DNA from: an uncultured Candidatus Saccharibacteria bacterium | GTDB taxonomy: Bacteria > Patescibacteriota > Minisyncoccia > UBA6257 > Colwellbacteraceae | Length of the DNA: 64,000 nucleotides | Reading direction: 5' to 3' | NCBI GenBank assembly: GCA_964643135.1 | Contig: CAZXPC010000004.1 | Location: 4,716-68,715 of the forward strand | In this document: piece by piece, positions 17,910 to 27,491 of the stretch | Numbering within the stretch: the first letter of the stretch is position 1 | How the letters are laid out: each line of letters opens with the position of its first letter | Translations under genes and position numbers: made by a program | The notes under the pieces: model-generated | Seen by the model: only the letters and a program-made list of their open reading frames with translations | Databases searched by the model: none | What the model was told of the DNA's origin: nothing

Positions 17910-19352
17910 TTATATACGAGGTGTAAGAGGAGGTATAGTCGGGTTAATCAACATGGTATAGATATCGAGCCTACCGCCGCTTAGAAACTTTCCCAAAAGA
18001 TTCTGATTTTTGTCAGAATAATTTAGTAGAACGTTTTTTACGTCGATAGCTGATTGATTGACGTAATTCGGCTGAGACCAATACAGTGATATCGCACCAG
18101 AAACGTACGCAGCCGAATAAGATGTGCCCGTTCCATTGTTTATATAGCACCCATTTAAAACATCAGAGCAGCTGCTCATAATGTTGGTTGTTTCAATTCC
18201 TATGCCTGCGGCACCTATATCAACCGAGGTCGGACCATAATTTGAAAACGCCGTTAATTGATCTCTCTGATCTGTCGCTGCCACAGAAATAATACTGTTT
18301 AAAGGATAAGATGCCGGATAAAAAGGGGTTAGGTCGTTATTATTATCGACTCCGTTGTTCACAATGCCGAATCCGTTACCTGCGGCTGCAATAAATAAAG
18401 TATTCGGATTAGCGATAAGAACAGCCTGCATCATCTGCAAAAGAGTATTGGAATAATCCCTGCTCCCCCAGCTTAAATTAACAACTTTGATATTCTTGTT
18501 CCCGGCATAGGCGATGGCCTCCGTTATATCAACAATGTTCCCACCATCTGGACCCGACCAGACATCATTACTTGAGAATGCCTTAATGGGAACAATCTTC
18601 GCCCTCCAATTCACGCCAGCAATTCCCTTTCCATTGTTAGCAAGTGCTCCGATTACTCCCGCCATTTGGGTGCCATGACCATTAACATCTGACGTATCAG
18701 TATTACCAGTCGCGAGGGTGTTGCTGCCGACAAGATTAATTCCTGAAAGCATGTTCCCCGCTAAATCAGGATGAGTCTTGTCTACACCCGAGTCTATCAA
18801 ACCGACCTCGATGCTGTTATAAGCATTGTTTGGACCAAATCCAGAATTCCACACATCCAGGAATCGGACATCTGGACTGTATCCAGTCTGGGTGACCTGT
18901 CCCCAATAGGTAACCCCACTCTTAAGCGCCCACTGATTACCCAATAAAGAATCGCTTGGGTCAGACTGCAAACGATAAATATAATTTGGTTCAGAATATT
19001 CTATATAAATTTCTGATTTAATGCTTTGAACAAGCGAAATTATATCAGCCGATGTGTTTTTTGTTAATAATACATAGGTTCGATCTAGGCCAATCGAAGT
19101 AATCGCTGATTGCAACTTAGAGTTAAATTTAAATTGACCCAAAATCTTATCCGCCGAGGCCAAACTATATTTCTTCAAAAAATCTGCAGTTGGAGAATAA
19201 CCCACCTTGAATTTTGCGATTACTTGGCCGGGCATGAAACTCGGCTGAGTTAGAGTTTGGGCCGAAGCTGTGGCAACCGGCGAAGCAACGGCCAAATTGC
19301 TGATATAAAACAACAAAGAAACTAAAGTTAGTATATTTAGTACTTTTTTCAT
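17910..19352 (-). CDS. S8 subtilisin-like serine peptidase
   Basis: Triad LIDSG / HGTQMAG / GTSYS; AAGN oxyanion motif; signal peptide and prodomain. Confidence 0.93.
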   Translation of the reverse strand: MKKVLNILTLVSLLFYISNLAVASPVATASAQTLTQPSFMPGQVIAKFKVGYSPTADFLKKYSLASADKILGQFKFNSKLQSAITSIGLDRTYVLLTKNTSADIISLVQSIKSEIYIEYSEPNYIYRLQSDPSDSLLGNQWALKSGVTYWGQVTQTGYSPDVRFLDVWNSGFGPNNAYNSIEVGLIDSGVDKTHPDLAGNMLSGINLVGSNTLATGNTDTSDVNGHGTQMAGVIGALANNGKGIAGVNWRAKIVPIKAFSSNDVWSGPDGGNIVDITEAIAYAGNKNIKVVNLSWGSRDYSNTLLQMMQAVLIANPNTLFIAAAGNGFGIVNNGVDNNNDLTPFYPASYPLNSIISVAATDQRDQLTAFSNYGPTSVDIGAAGIGIETTNIMSSCSDVLNGCYINNGTGTSYSAAYVSGAISLYWSQPNYVNQSAIDVKNVLLNYSDKNQNLLGKFLSGGRLDIYTMLINPTIPPLTPRI

Positions 19353-19471
19353 GCGCTAGATTTATTAGTTACTAAAACTAGTGATCTCCTCTTGTCATAC
19401 TTCTATTGTATCACAAGTATTGCTTGGGTGCCACCTAAGGACTTCCTTTCTTGTATCCTTGGGCCTGGAGG

Positions 19472-20326
19472 CTAGAGCAGGTTAAAAATCTTCAGCTTTT
19501 CCAGGACTATTCGGTGGACTTCGGCTTCGGAACCGGCGAGGAGTTTATAAGGCGTCGTCTCGTCGGGGTTGTTCTTCAGTGCGTTTTCCATCCCCCTCTT
19601 CCAACCCAAACGGATTTCGGTATTGATATGGATCATGCTGATGCCGGCTTTAATTGCAGCCTGCAAATCTTCTTTGGTGTTGCCTGAGGCGCCGTGAAGA
19701 ACGAGCGGAATTTTGACGGCTTTTTTGATCGCAGTAATGCGGGCAATGTCTAAATTCGGTTCAGGCTGATTTTTGAGCATGCCGTGAATGTTGCCAACCG
19801 CAGGAGCAAATAGGTCGATTTTGGTTTCGGTTACAAACTGGAGCGCCTCTTCGGGAGTCGTCATATGCAAGCCGGCGCCTTCGGGGATGGCATCTAAAAC
19901 TTTCGAGGACTGGCCGATATAGCCGAGCTCGGCTTCGACCAATATAGATGGATCAATTGATTTAACATATTCGACGACTTCTTTGGTGCGGGCGACATTT
20001 TCTTCGAAGGGCAATTTGGCGCCGTCAAAAATAACTGAATCATAGCCGGCCGCGACAACTTCTTTTATCTTTTCCAAGGAATAGGTATGATCGGCGTTTA
20101 GGAAAATGGGATAATTAAATATTTCTCGCAGATTTTGCACGAGTGCTTTAGCCGTGTGGACGCCGATAAATTCTCGTTCGCCTTCTGAAACACCGATATA
20201 AATCGGCACAGCTAATTCTTGCGCGGCATTAAAGATGCCCTTGAGGCCGGCCAGGTCAGAAATATTAAAATGGCCGACTGCGACACCTTTCTCTCCAGCA
20301 GATTTTAGATAATCAATGGCTTTCAT
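19472..20326 (-). CDS. fba: Class II fructose-bisphosphate aldolase
   Basis: NADH, VEAELGYIG, VGNIHG, LVLHGASG, INTE. Confidence 0.92.
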   Translation of the reverse strand: MKAIDYLKSAGEKGVAVGHFNISDLAGLKGIFNAAQELAVPIYIGVSEGEREFIGVHTAKALVQNLREIFNYPIFLNADHTYSLEKIKEVVAAGYDSVIFDGAKLPFEENVARTKEVVEYVKSIDPSILVEAELGYIGQSSKVLDAIPEGAGLHMTTPEEALQFVTETKIDLFAPAVGNIHGMLKNQPEPNLDIARITAIKKAVKIPLVLHGASGNTKEDLQAAIKAGISMIHINTEIRLGWKRGMENALKNNPDETTPYKLLAGSEAEVHRIVLEKLKIFNLL

Positions 20327-20358
20327 ATTAAGATATGGATTCCATTATACCAGAGATG

Positions 20359-21591
20359 CTACTTAGTAGCATTATAAATTGCCGCGATTTCGGACGCTAA
20401 CAAAGCGCGGCTGTAAATACGAACATCGTCGATACTTCCTTTGTAGAATCTTGGGCTTGGGTTCCCGCCAGTGCACCAACATCCGATTTGGAGATCTGAT
20501 GTGTTGGTATTGAGCGCCCCGCTCGCGTTAACCGAACTGTTGCTTGCTAGTCCGTTGATATATACTTGAGTTTTCGACCCATCATAAGTATAGACGACAT
20601 AAGTCCAAGTGTCGGCGCTGATAACGTTATTAGCAGACAAAGTGAGAACTCCTGAGACGCCGCCGATTGTATAGACAGCCTTAACATTATTGGGGCCTCC
20701 CTCATTAAGGATCATCCTCATAACATCCCAGCTTGTTTTCGCCATAAAATCTAAAAATGGAGTTTGCGGCTTAATCCAAGCCGATATAGTAATCGGTCCA
20801 GTAATATTTAGTTTTGTATTGTGCGGGATATCGACGTAATCATCTACTCCATCGAAACTGACACAAGCGCCGATCTTACAGTTGGCCCAAGCAGCTCCGC
20901 CGTTCAAAGTACCACCGATGGCGGTCGCATACCCACTTGTATCGCTAGTTGTCGTTCCACTGCCTTCGTCCATTGGCCAATAGCCAACTAGACCAGAGGC
21001 GGCGGCCCATAGTTTTTTGTCCGAACCTTGCTCATAGCGAGCGGGGTCGATGCCGCCGTCAGTTAAACCAGTGCTCTTGGTCAGCTTGGATGATTCGAGG
21101 TGGGCGGTCAGGTTCCAGGAGCCCTCGATGAATGTATAGTAGTTCTGATTAGCTGCTGAGTTAACCGGGTCAATAGGAAGAGCTGCCAAGGAAAGGCCGG
21201 CAGTTGCGCTAAAAGCGATCGGTATCCAGCCCGAACCGGTAGTCGATCTGAGGTTGGCCGAAAGGACACATTTGTACCTCCAGCCAGAGGGCAAAACCGG
21301 CAGGGCAAGTTCATCGCAATCATCGTTTATAAGATTGCCGTCGTCGTCTGTGCCGTTGTCCGGCAGAGAAATATAAACAGTATTAGAAGCAACAAGCAAT
21401 CCCGCTTGTGATTGGTAGAGATTAAGAGAGGCATTAAGAGTGTTGAGGTCGTTGATTCTTTTGGTATCTCGAGCCTGGGCAAGTAGTTCTGCGGGGTTGA
21501 GAACTAGGGCCGTGATAGTAGCAAGAACGGCAAGCATGCCTATTACGACTAGAATTTCGATTAGGGTGAAACCGCGTCTCAATCTATGCAT
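20359..21591 (-). CDS. Type IV pilin-like protein fused to a LamG/concanavalin-like domain
   Basis: Prepilin site RRG|FTLIEILVV, ARDTKRINDL, LPIDP; LVGYWPMDEG...GSIDDVRIYSRAL. Confidence 0.9.
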   Translation of the reverse strand: MHRLRRGFTLIEILVVIGMLAVLATITALVLNPAELLAQARDTKRINDLNTLNASLNLYQSQAGLLVASNTVYISLPDNGTDDDGNLINDDCDELALPVLPSGWRYKCVLSANLRSTTGSGWIPIAFSATAGLSLAALPIDPVNSAANQNYYTFIEGSWNLTAHLESSKLTKSTGLTDGGIDPARYEQGSDKKLWAAASGLVGYWPMDEGSGTTTSDTSGYATAIGGTLNGGAAWANCKIGACVSFDGVDDYVDIPHNTKLNITGPITISAWIKPQTPFLDFMAKTSWDVMRMILNEGGPNNVKAVYTIGGVSGVLTLSANNVISADTWTYVVYTYDGSKTQVYINGLASNSSVNASGALNTNTSDLQIGCWCTGGNPSPRFYKGSIDDVRIYSRALLASEIAAIYNATK

Positions 21592-21601
21592 ACCTAATAT
21601 T

Positions 21602-22873
21602 TTACACCTCGAACCAGCCTTTCACGATGTTCTCCTGAGTTAATTCGAGAAGTTTAGCTTCGCCGAAATAGGCTGAGAAAATTTTGTTCCACAGCGCCTC
21701 TTGGTGGTGGTAAAGATATTTAGTGGCTTGCATCTCATCGGCCAAGCTCATAATGGTGTCGACGAGGTTAAAACTAACTAACACATCAATAGAGCTGTCG
21801 GTATCGAAGTAATCGCCTACCCAATCCAAGCCGCTCCAGAAACTTAGGCTGCCCTTGAAATCAGGAAAGGCTTTGGAAATGCCCACAATGCCCTCTTCGG
21901 CCTTGGACCAATGGAGAGCTTCCGGGTTAACGTGCGGCACAAAGAGACGCCAGTCGTTTTCATCACCCTTAGCGAGATATCTTTGCACAACGAGGAATCG
22001 CGCGCTTTGGGTAACCGCGCCGGGCGTTAGAAGGGTCCTGTTCTCGGCCACATCCCCTCGCAAAAGTGAAATCAGATTCGTAGCGAAATATTTAGGGAAA
22101 GGTCTAAATTTCTCGAAGAGATTGGAATAATATTTAACTTCGTTTAAATAGTGCATAGTGAGACTGATCACGCGCAGAGTCTCGCCGGGGCGGTCCATAA
22201 AAATCGGAATCACAAAAACAAAACCGAGCTCCTTCAAGTGGCTTACCGTATGGTGTTTTTTATAGGCAAATTTTCTGGCGGCGTCGGCCCACTTTTGGCT
22301 AAGCGCCCGCACCTCAATCATCCTCTCTTCAAAATCATCAACGGTTAAGGCTTCGTACTGCTTAAAGAAAACATTATTGAGCCATTGGGCATCTTCCAAA
22401 AACCTGAGAGCGCTAAAAATCTCGAGCAGGTCTTCTTTCTGGAGCATGGCCTCGACAGAATCGTAGCCAAGATTGGCCATGATCTTTTGGGGCGGAACCT
22501 TGAGCAAGAATTCCTTGGCTTTCTCTTTCTTCAGGAACCAGCCCTTTTGCGGCGGCAGGGCTTTGACCGTAAAAGCGACTATTTTTTTAGCCGCGTCGGC
22601 CCCCATCGCTTTTTCGATGCCGATGTAATTAAAAAGCTTGGTGTCGTCTTCTTTAACCTTAGCGATCAACGAATCGAACATGGTCCGGGCAGAGCTTTTG
22701 ATGTTCAGGTTGAACTCTTTGAGTTTTTCGGTAATAACGTATTCGTTCTCCTCGCAAATTCCTTGCATTGTGCCCGCGCGGCCGACGCGCTTATCAAGAA
22801 CGGCTTCGAGATCAGCAAAAGTGGCCTTGTCGGTTCTTAAAATTCGGGCTAGTTTGTCGCTGTATTGGGACAT
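21602..22873 (-). CDS. Soluble hypothetical protein (423 aa) within the sugar operon
   Basis: Long clean ORF, HHTVSHLKE and NPEALHW motifs; no family assigned. Confidence 0.8.
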   Translation of the reverse strand: MSQYSDKLARILRTDKATFADLEAVLDKRVGRAGTMQGICEENEYVITEKLKEFNLNIKSSARTMFDSLIAKVKEDDTKLFNYIGIEKAMGADAAKKIVAFTVKALPPQKGWFLKKEKAKEFLLKVPPQKIMANLGYDSVEAMLQKEDLLEIFSALRFLEDAQWLNNVFFKQYEALTVDDFEERMIEVRALSQKWADAARKFAYKKHHTVSHLKELGFVFVIPIFMDRPGETLRVISLTMHYLNEVKYYSNLFEKFRPFPKYFATNLISLLRGDVAENRTLLTPGAVTQSARFLVVQRYLAKGDENDWRLFVPHVNPEALHWSKAEEGIVGISKAFPDFKGSLSFWSGLDWVGDYFDTDSSIDVLVSFNLVDTIMSLADEMQATKYLYHHQEALWNKIFSAYFGEAKLLELTQENIVKGWFEV

Positions 22874-22909
22874 GGTTTTAACTAATAACTTATAACAAAT
22901 AACTCATAA

Positions 22910-23923
22910 CTAAACTTCTTTGACCTTTATCTCGAAATCGCGCCAGCGCGGATCGGTTTCGAATTGTTTTTTTGAGAGCAATCCTTCAGTCGCGCCAATA
23001 TATTCTACATTAGAAGTGGCATTAGCTGAAGCCAGCCTAATAGCGTATCGGATTTTATCAGGGTTGCATTTGCCTTTGAGACACTCTTCCTTCTGACTGA
23101 CTAAGCCAGAGACGAAGCCGCTGCCGAAGGCATCCCCCGCCCCGGTCCGATCAACGATCTCTTTTTCTTTAAAGGTGCCTGCTTCGTAAATATGAGCTCC
23201 GTCAGAAACTTTAACGCCATTCGGCCCATCGGTTACGACCGCAATGCCAGGAGTCATCAGGTCGAGCTTGGCAAATACTTTCTCCGGCTCTTTGAAATCG
23301 ATACCGGTTAAAGTGGCTGCCTCGCTTTCGTTTAAAACCAGAACCGAAAGATCTTTGAGGTGCCTGATCAAGTCCTCCCGCCCTTCGGACAAGTGCTTGC
23401 CCCCGGGGTTTAACGCTACTTTGATTTTATTTTTTTTAGCATGTGCCAAGAGTTTATCGAAAAGTTTGTAGGAATTGCCGGGCAAAGAAACATAAAGCCA
23501 TTTTGATTTTAGCTTCTTCCAATCAATATCATCCAAGGAAAATTCGTTGACGGCGCCGCGATAGCTTAGAATTGTTCTCTCTCCTTCGCCGAGCAGGATA
23601 ATGCCGTGAGCGGTCAGAGATTTTGAGAGGTGAACAAAGTCAGTGTTAACTTTTTTGTTTCTTAACTTGGATATTATTTCATGTCCGGCCGCGTCGTGGC
23701 CGATCAGCGTAAAAACAGCGGTCTTGAGGTTCTGGTTGGCGAAAGTTACCGAGGCGTTGGCCGCATTGCCGCCCATAGTAAAATAGGCGTAATCAATCGG
23801 GAATTTTTCTCCCAGTGGAATGGCGTAAGCCTTCTTGGAAGGAGTGTCCCAATCGATGGTTTTAAAATTAACCTTCAAAAAAGAATCGTAAGTGGTGGAG
23901 CCGATTGTAATCACATCGAGCAT
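22910..23923 (-). CDS. PfkB/ribokinase-family carbohydrate kinase
   Basis: GGNAANAS, LNESEA, DRTGAGDAFGSG. Confidence 0.92.
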   Translation of the reverse strand: MLDVITIGSTTYDSFLKVNFKTIDWDTPSKKAYAIPLGEKFPIDYAYFTMGGNAANASVTFANQNLKTAVFTLIGHDAAGHEIISKLRNKKVNTDFVHLSKSLTAHGIILLGEGERTILSYRGAVNEFSLDDIDWKKLKSKWLYVSLPGNSYKLFDKLLAHAKKNKIKVALNPGGKHLSEGREDLIRHLKDLSVLVLNESEAATLTGIDFKEPEKVFAKLDLMTPGIAVVTDGPNGVKVSDGAHIYEAGTFKEKEIVDRTGAGDAFGSGFVSGLVSQKEECLKGKCNPDKIRYAIRLASANATSNVEYIGATEGLLSKKQFETDPRWRDFEIKVKEV

Positions 23924-23927
23924 AGCT

Positions 23928-24920
23928 TTATTTCCTTTTAATTACTTTTTTCACAGCATCTTTAATACTTTCGACTCCCATGCCGTATTTCTCGATCAAT
24001 TGTTTGGGTTCGCCGGATTCGCCGAAAACATTTTGCATTCCTATAAATTCCTGCGGCACCGGATAATTGCGGGCCAGAACTTCGGCCACCGCGCCGCCCA
24101 GGCCGCCGGATACTTGATGTTCTTCAACTGTCACCACCGCGCCGCATTTCTTGGCTACTTCGATTATTTTTTTCTCATCCATCGGCTTAATAGTATGATT
24201 GTTGACCACAATTGTGCCGATGCCCTCTTTTTCAAGTTCGCGGGCGGCCAAAAGAGCATTATGCAAAAGCGCGCCGCAGCCGATAATAGCGCATTGAGGA
24301 TTCTTCTTGGACTCCCAAAATATTTTAGCTTTACCCGGAACAAATGGTGTTTCGTCGGTCGTAAAAACCGGGCTCTTTTCGCGGGCGAATCGTAGATAAA
24401 CCGGGCCCCAAACTTTGCCGGCGGCGATGGTAGCTTTGCGGGCTTCGATGGCATCACAGGGCACAATTACGCGCATATTAGCCATAACGCGCATGGTCGC
24501 GATATCCTCAACCGCCTGGTGAGTGGCGCCGTCCGGACCAACGGAGATGCCCGCGTGGTGGCCGGCGATCTTAACATTAGAATCGTTATAAGAAATGGTG
24601 GTTCTGATCTGTTCCCAATTACGGCCGGGCGAAAAGGTCGCGTAAGATGAAATGAAGGGAATCTTACCGGAAATGCCGAGGCCGGCGGCGACGGTCGCCA
24701 TATTTTGTTCGGCCACGCCCATCTCAAAAAACCGGTCGGGATATTTCTCGGCAAACTTGTCGGCGCGGGTCGATTCGGTGAGGTCGGCGGAGAGAGCCAC
24801 AACGTTGGGATCTTTAGCGCCCAAAATCAATAAGCCCTCGCCATAGCCGTCGCGGGTCGGCGCTTCCTTGATATCAACAGAAAATATTTTTGGATTTAAC
24901 TTGGCTGTCTTGCTGATCAT
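23928..24920 (-). CDS. Transketolase, C-terminal subunit
   Basis: GVAEQNM, GPDGATHQ, VEEHQVSGGLG. Confidence 0.93.
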   Translation of the reverse strand: MISKTAKLNPKIFSVDIKEAPTRDGYGEGLLILGAKDPNVVALSADLTESTRADKFAEKYPDRFFEMGVAEQNMATVAAGLGISGKIPFISSYATFSPGRNWEQIRTTISYNDSNVKIAGHHAGISVGPDGATHQAVEDIATMRVMANMRVIVPCDAIEARKATIAAGKVWGPVYLRFAREKSPVFTTDETPFVPGKAKIFWESKKNPQCAIIGCGALLHNALLAARELEKEGIGTIVVNNHTIKPMDEKKIIEVAKKCGAVVTVEEHQVSGGLGGAVAEVLARNYPVPQEFIGMQNVFGESGEPKQLIEKYGMGVESIKDAVKKVIKRK

Positions 24921-24926
24921 TTTGAT

Positions 24927-25211
24927 TTAAGCGTTGATATAGAACAATAATTTAAGAACTATGACGATGACGGGCAAAAGCGTGGTAACAGCGAGAAAGA
25001 GGCTCTTGCTGTCGGCAGGGTTATCGACATATTTAAAGACGTAATAAGAAAAAGCGAGAATCAGAAGGTAGTTTAAGGAAACAACTCCGATAAAAAGCAG
25101 GGCGTCATTGCCGGTTTTGCCAAGCGGAGAAGCCACCATCAATAAAGTATTAACAAAAACCATCACGAGCGTGAGTATCCCGACCATTATCCTCTTATTT
25201 TGTTTGACCAT
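24927..25211 (-). CDS. Small 3-TM membrane protein between the transketolase halves
   Basis: Hydrophobic 94-aa ORF that fills the gap. Confidence 0.65.
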   Translation of the reverse strand: MVKQNKRIMVGILTLVMVFVNTLLMVASPLGKTGNDALLFIGVVSLNYLLILAFSYYVFKYVDNPADSKSLFLAVTTLLPVIVIVLKLLFYINA

Positions 25212-25224
25212 AATTGTTTATTTT

Positions 25225-26079
25225 TTATTGATGTTCGCTTCTAATCTGTCCGCCCAGAGTTCGCAGCTCATGGAGGGCTTTTTTAGCTTCGTCGGGTTTG
25301 GGGGGCTTGCCGTGCCAGAGGTAGTCGTTTTCCATAAAGCTGACTCCCTTGCCGGGAATGGTGTGAGCGATAATCATAGTCGGTTTCTCATAGATCGCCT
25401 TGGCTTCATTAACGGCATCGATAATTTCAGTAAAATTATGGCCGTCGATTTCCAAAACGTGCCAGCCGAAGGCTTCGTATTTATCTTTGATGGGTTCGAG
25501 CGGCATGATTTTTTCAGTTGGGCCGTCGATTTGGATATTATTGCGGTCCATCAGGGCTGTGACGTTGTTAAGCTTATTCTTGCCGGCAAACATCACCGCC
25601 TCCCAAATATTGCCCTCATCGTGTTCGCCGTCGGAAGTAAAGCAATAGACGCGGTACTTTTTATTATCAAGCTTGGCCGCTAAAGCCACTCCAATCGCCT
25701 GGCTGAGGCCGGATCCGAGCGGGCCGGAAGTGGTTTCAACGCCCGGCAAAGATGTGCGGTGCGGGTGTCCTTGCAAACGCGAGTTTAATTTTCTAAGCGT
25801 CATCAATTCCCTCTTTGGGAAATAGCCCGCTTCGGCCATAGTGACATAACGAACCGGGCAAATGTGGCCGTTTGATAAAATTAACCGGTCGCGATCTTCC
25901 CAGTTCGGCTTCTTAGGGTTGTGTTTCAAGATGTGGAAATAGAAGGCGGTAAAAACATCCGCCATGCCGAGCGGCCCGGCGGAGTGCCCACTCTTGGCCT
26001 CAACCAGAGTCGTAATAATATCCTCCCGGATAGTGTTGGCTTTTTCTTCCAGGAATTTTATCTTTTTGTCGTCGAGCAT
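25225..26079 (-). CDS. Transketolase, N-terminal subunit
   Basis: SGHSAG, DRLILSNGH, LQGHP, SDGE...N TPP motif; start set at MLDDKK. Confidence 0.93.
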   Translation of the reverse strand: MLDDKKIKFLEEKANTIREDIITTLVEAKSGHSAGPLGMADVFTAFYFHILKHNPKKPNWEDRDRLILSNGHICPVRYVTMAEAGYFPKRELMTLRKLNSRLQGHPHRTSLPGVETTSGPLGSGLSQAIGVALAAKLDNKKYRVYCFTSDGEHDEGNIWEAVMFAGKNKLNNVTALMDRNNIQIDGPTEKIMPLEPIKDKYEAFGWHVLEIDGHNFTEIIDAVNEAKAIYEKPTMIIAHTIPGKGVSFMENDYLWHGKPPKPDEAKKALHELRTLGGQIRSEHQ

Positions 26080-26101
26080 TTTGTATTTCTTGCGGTCTTT
26101 T

Positions 26102-26755
26102 TTAAACTTGGGCCAACTCTTGATAGGCCTGAGACGGATTTTTGCTCCTAAAAATATATGAAGCGGACACAATGGCATCAGCGCCGGCCGATTTCACGAG
26201 CGTGGCGGTTTCAGGATTAATGCCGCCGTCTACCTCTATTCTAGCACTGGGATAAGCCGCCCGCAAAAATTTTATTTTCTCCAGGGCTTTCTCATTAAAA
26301 CCCTGGCCGGCAAAGCCAGGAGGGACGGCCAGAACCAAAAAGTAACTGAAGACCATACCGTGTTTTGTGATTTCGCTTTCCGGAGTGCTGACATCAACTC
26401 CGAGAACAACACTGCCTTTATATTTTTCAGCCAGATCAATAAGCCTTTGGCTGTCTTTAATTTTTTCGATATGTACTACCACTCTTTTGACCCCCGCCGC
26501 GAACCACGCTTCGACCGCTGGTTCGGGATCTTCAACCATAAGATGGACTTCGAAATCTACGTTTTGTCCTCGTCTCCAACTTTCAACGATGGGGTTTATT
26601 TTGCGGATATCGGCCGGCGTTCCCCAAGTTACCGCCTTGGTATATTTGCCGTCGCAGATATCTAAATGGATTGAGCCGCTAAATTCGGCCGCGATTTTCA
26701 TCTGATCTTCCGCCTCAGCATAATTTCGGGCGTTAATAGCCGGGATAACTATCAT
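26102..26755 (-). CDS. rpe: Ribulose-phosphate 3-epimerase
   Basis: HLDICDG, EVHLMV, PGFAGQ, EVDGGI; start set at MIVIPAI. Confidence 0.92.
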   Translation of the reverse strand: MIVIPAINARNYAEAEDQMKIAAEFSGSIHLDICDGKYTKAVTWGTPADIRKINPIVESWRRGQNVDFEVHLMVEDPEPAVEAWFAAGVKRVVVHIEKIKDSQRLIDLAEKYKGSVVLGVDVSTPESEITKHGMVFSYFLVLAVPPGFAGQGFNEKALEKIKFLRAAYPSARIEVDGGINPETATLVKSAGADAIVSASYIFRSKNPSQAYQELAQV

Positions 26756-26789
26756 GTGAATATTATAACCGAATCCGCTCATAATTAAT

Positions 26790-26832
26790 AAAAAGAAAAA
26801 GGCCGCAGCAACTCTCGTGAGCTGCGCGGACC
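26790..26832 (-). terminator. Intrinsic terminator between rpiB and rpe
   Basis: GC-rich stem followed by TTTTTCTTTTT on the minus strand. Confidence 0.55.
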
Positions 26833-27006
26833 GTTGGCGGAAAACTTCATTTCCCCTTGTCCTTCTCTGCATGTTCGTAGGGCTGGTGGAGGCGCGGTCT
26901 TTTCCCATGCCGGGGCGGCAAGTTCTGGACCATTGACGTTTCCCATCCTGTCGCCTGATTTTGGCAACCACTAATAGATACTCCTCGGACCGGTTCTCGT
27001 CAAGGA

Positions 27007-27474
27007 TTAGGAATTCTCTTCCTGATTCTTCGATTCGATCTCAGTGATTTCGGCAATTCTGCGTTTGTGTCGGCTTTCTTTCGAGAAACTGGTCTGGAGC
27101 CAAGCGCTGACGGTCTGCTTGGCGGTTCTTTCATCCATATAATCGGCGGCGATAGCGAGGACGTTGGTATCGTCATCGTTTTTAGAAGCCACCGCGTGGT
27201 CGGGCGAGATGGCGAGAACAGAACGGACATTTTTGAATTTGTTGGCCACGATGTCGACGCCGGCCCCCGAGCCGCAAATCAAAATCCCTCTAGCGCTTTC
27301 ATATTCCAAAGATATTTTTTGAGCCACGGCGGCGGCATAGACCGGATAGTCATCGGTTGGGTCGTATATTTCGGCCCCCAAGTCGACGATTTGATAGCCG
27401 CTATCTTTGACGAGATTTTTGATAACTTCCTTTAGCTTGAAGCCGCGATGATCGGCGGCAATGTAGATTAACAT
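27007..27474 (-). CDS. rpiB: Ribose-5-phosphate isomerase B
   Basis: ADHRG, DDYP, ICGSGAG, ANK, RHKRRI. Confidence 0.92.
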   Translation of the reverse strand: MLIYIAADHRGFKLKEVIKNLVKDSGYQIVDLGAEIYDPTDDYPVYAAAVAQKISLEYESARGILICGSGAGVDIVANKFKNVRSVLAISPDHAVASKNDDDTNVLAIAADYMDERTAKQTVSAWLQTSFSKESRHKRRIAEITEIESKNQEENS

Positions 27475-27491
27475 TTGCTAATAGCCAAGAC

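Noticed and set aside
26756-26971. N-terminal extension of Rpe (also those of TktN, HisS, TrpS and the MFS in the ORF track)
   Set aside because: Upstream in-frame starts overlap other genes or terminators; family homology begins at the later ATG
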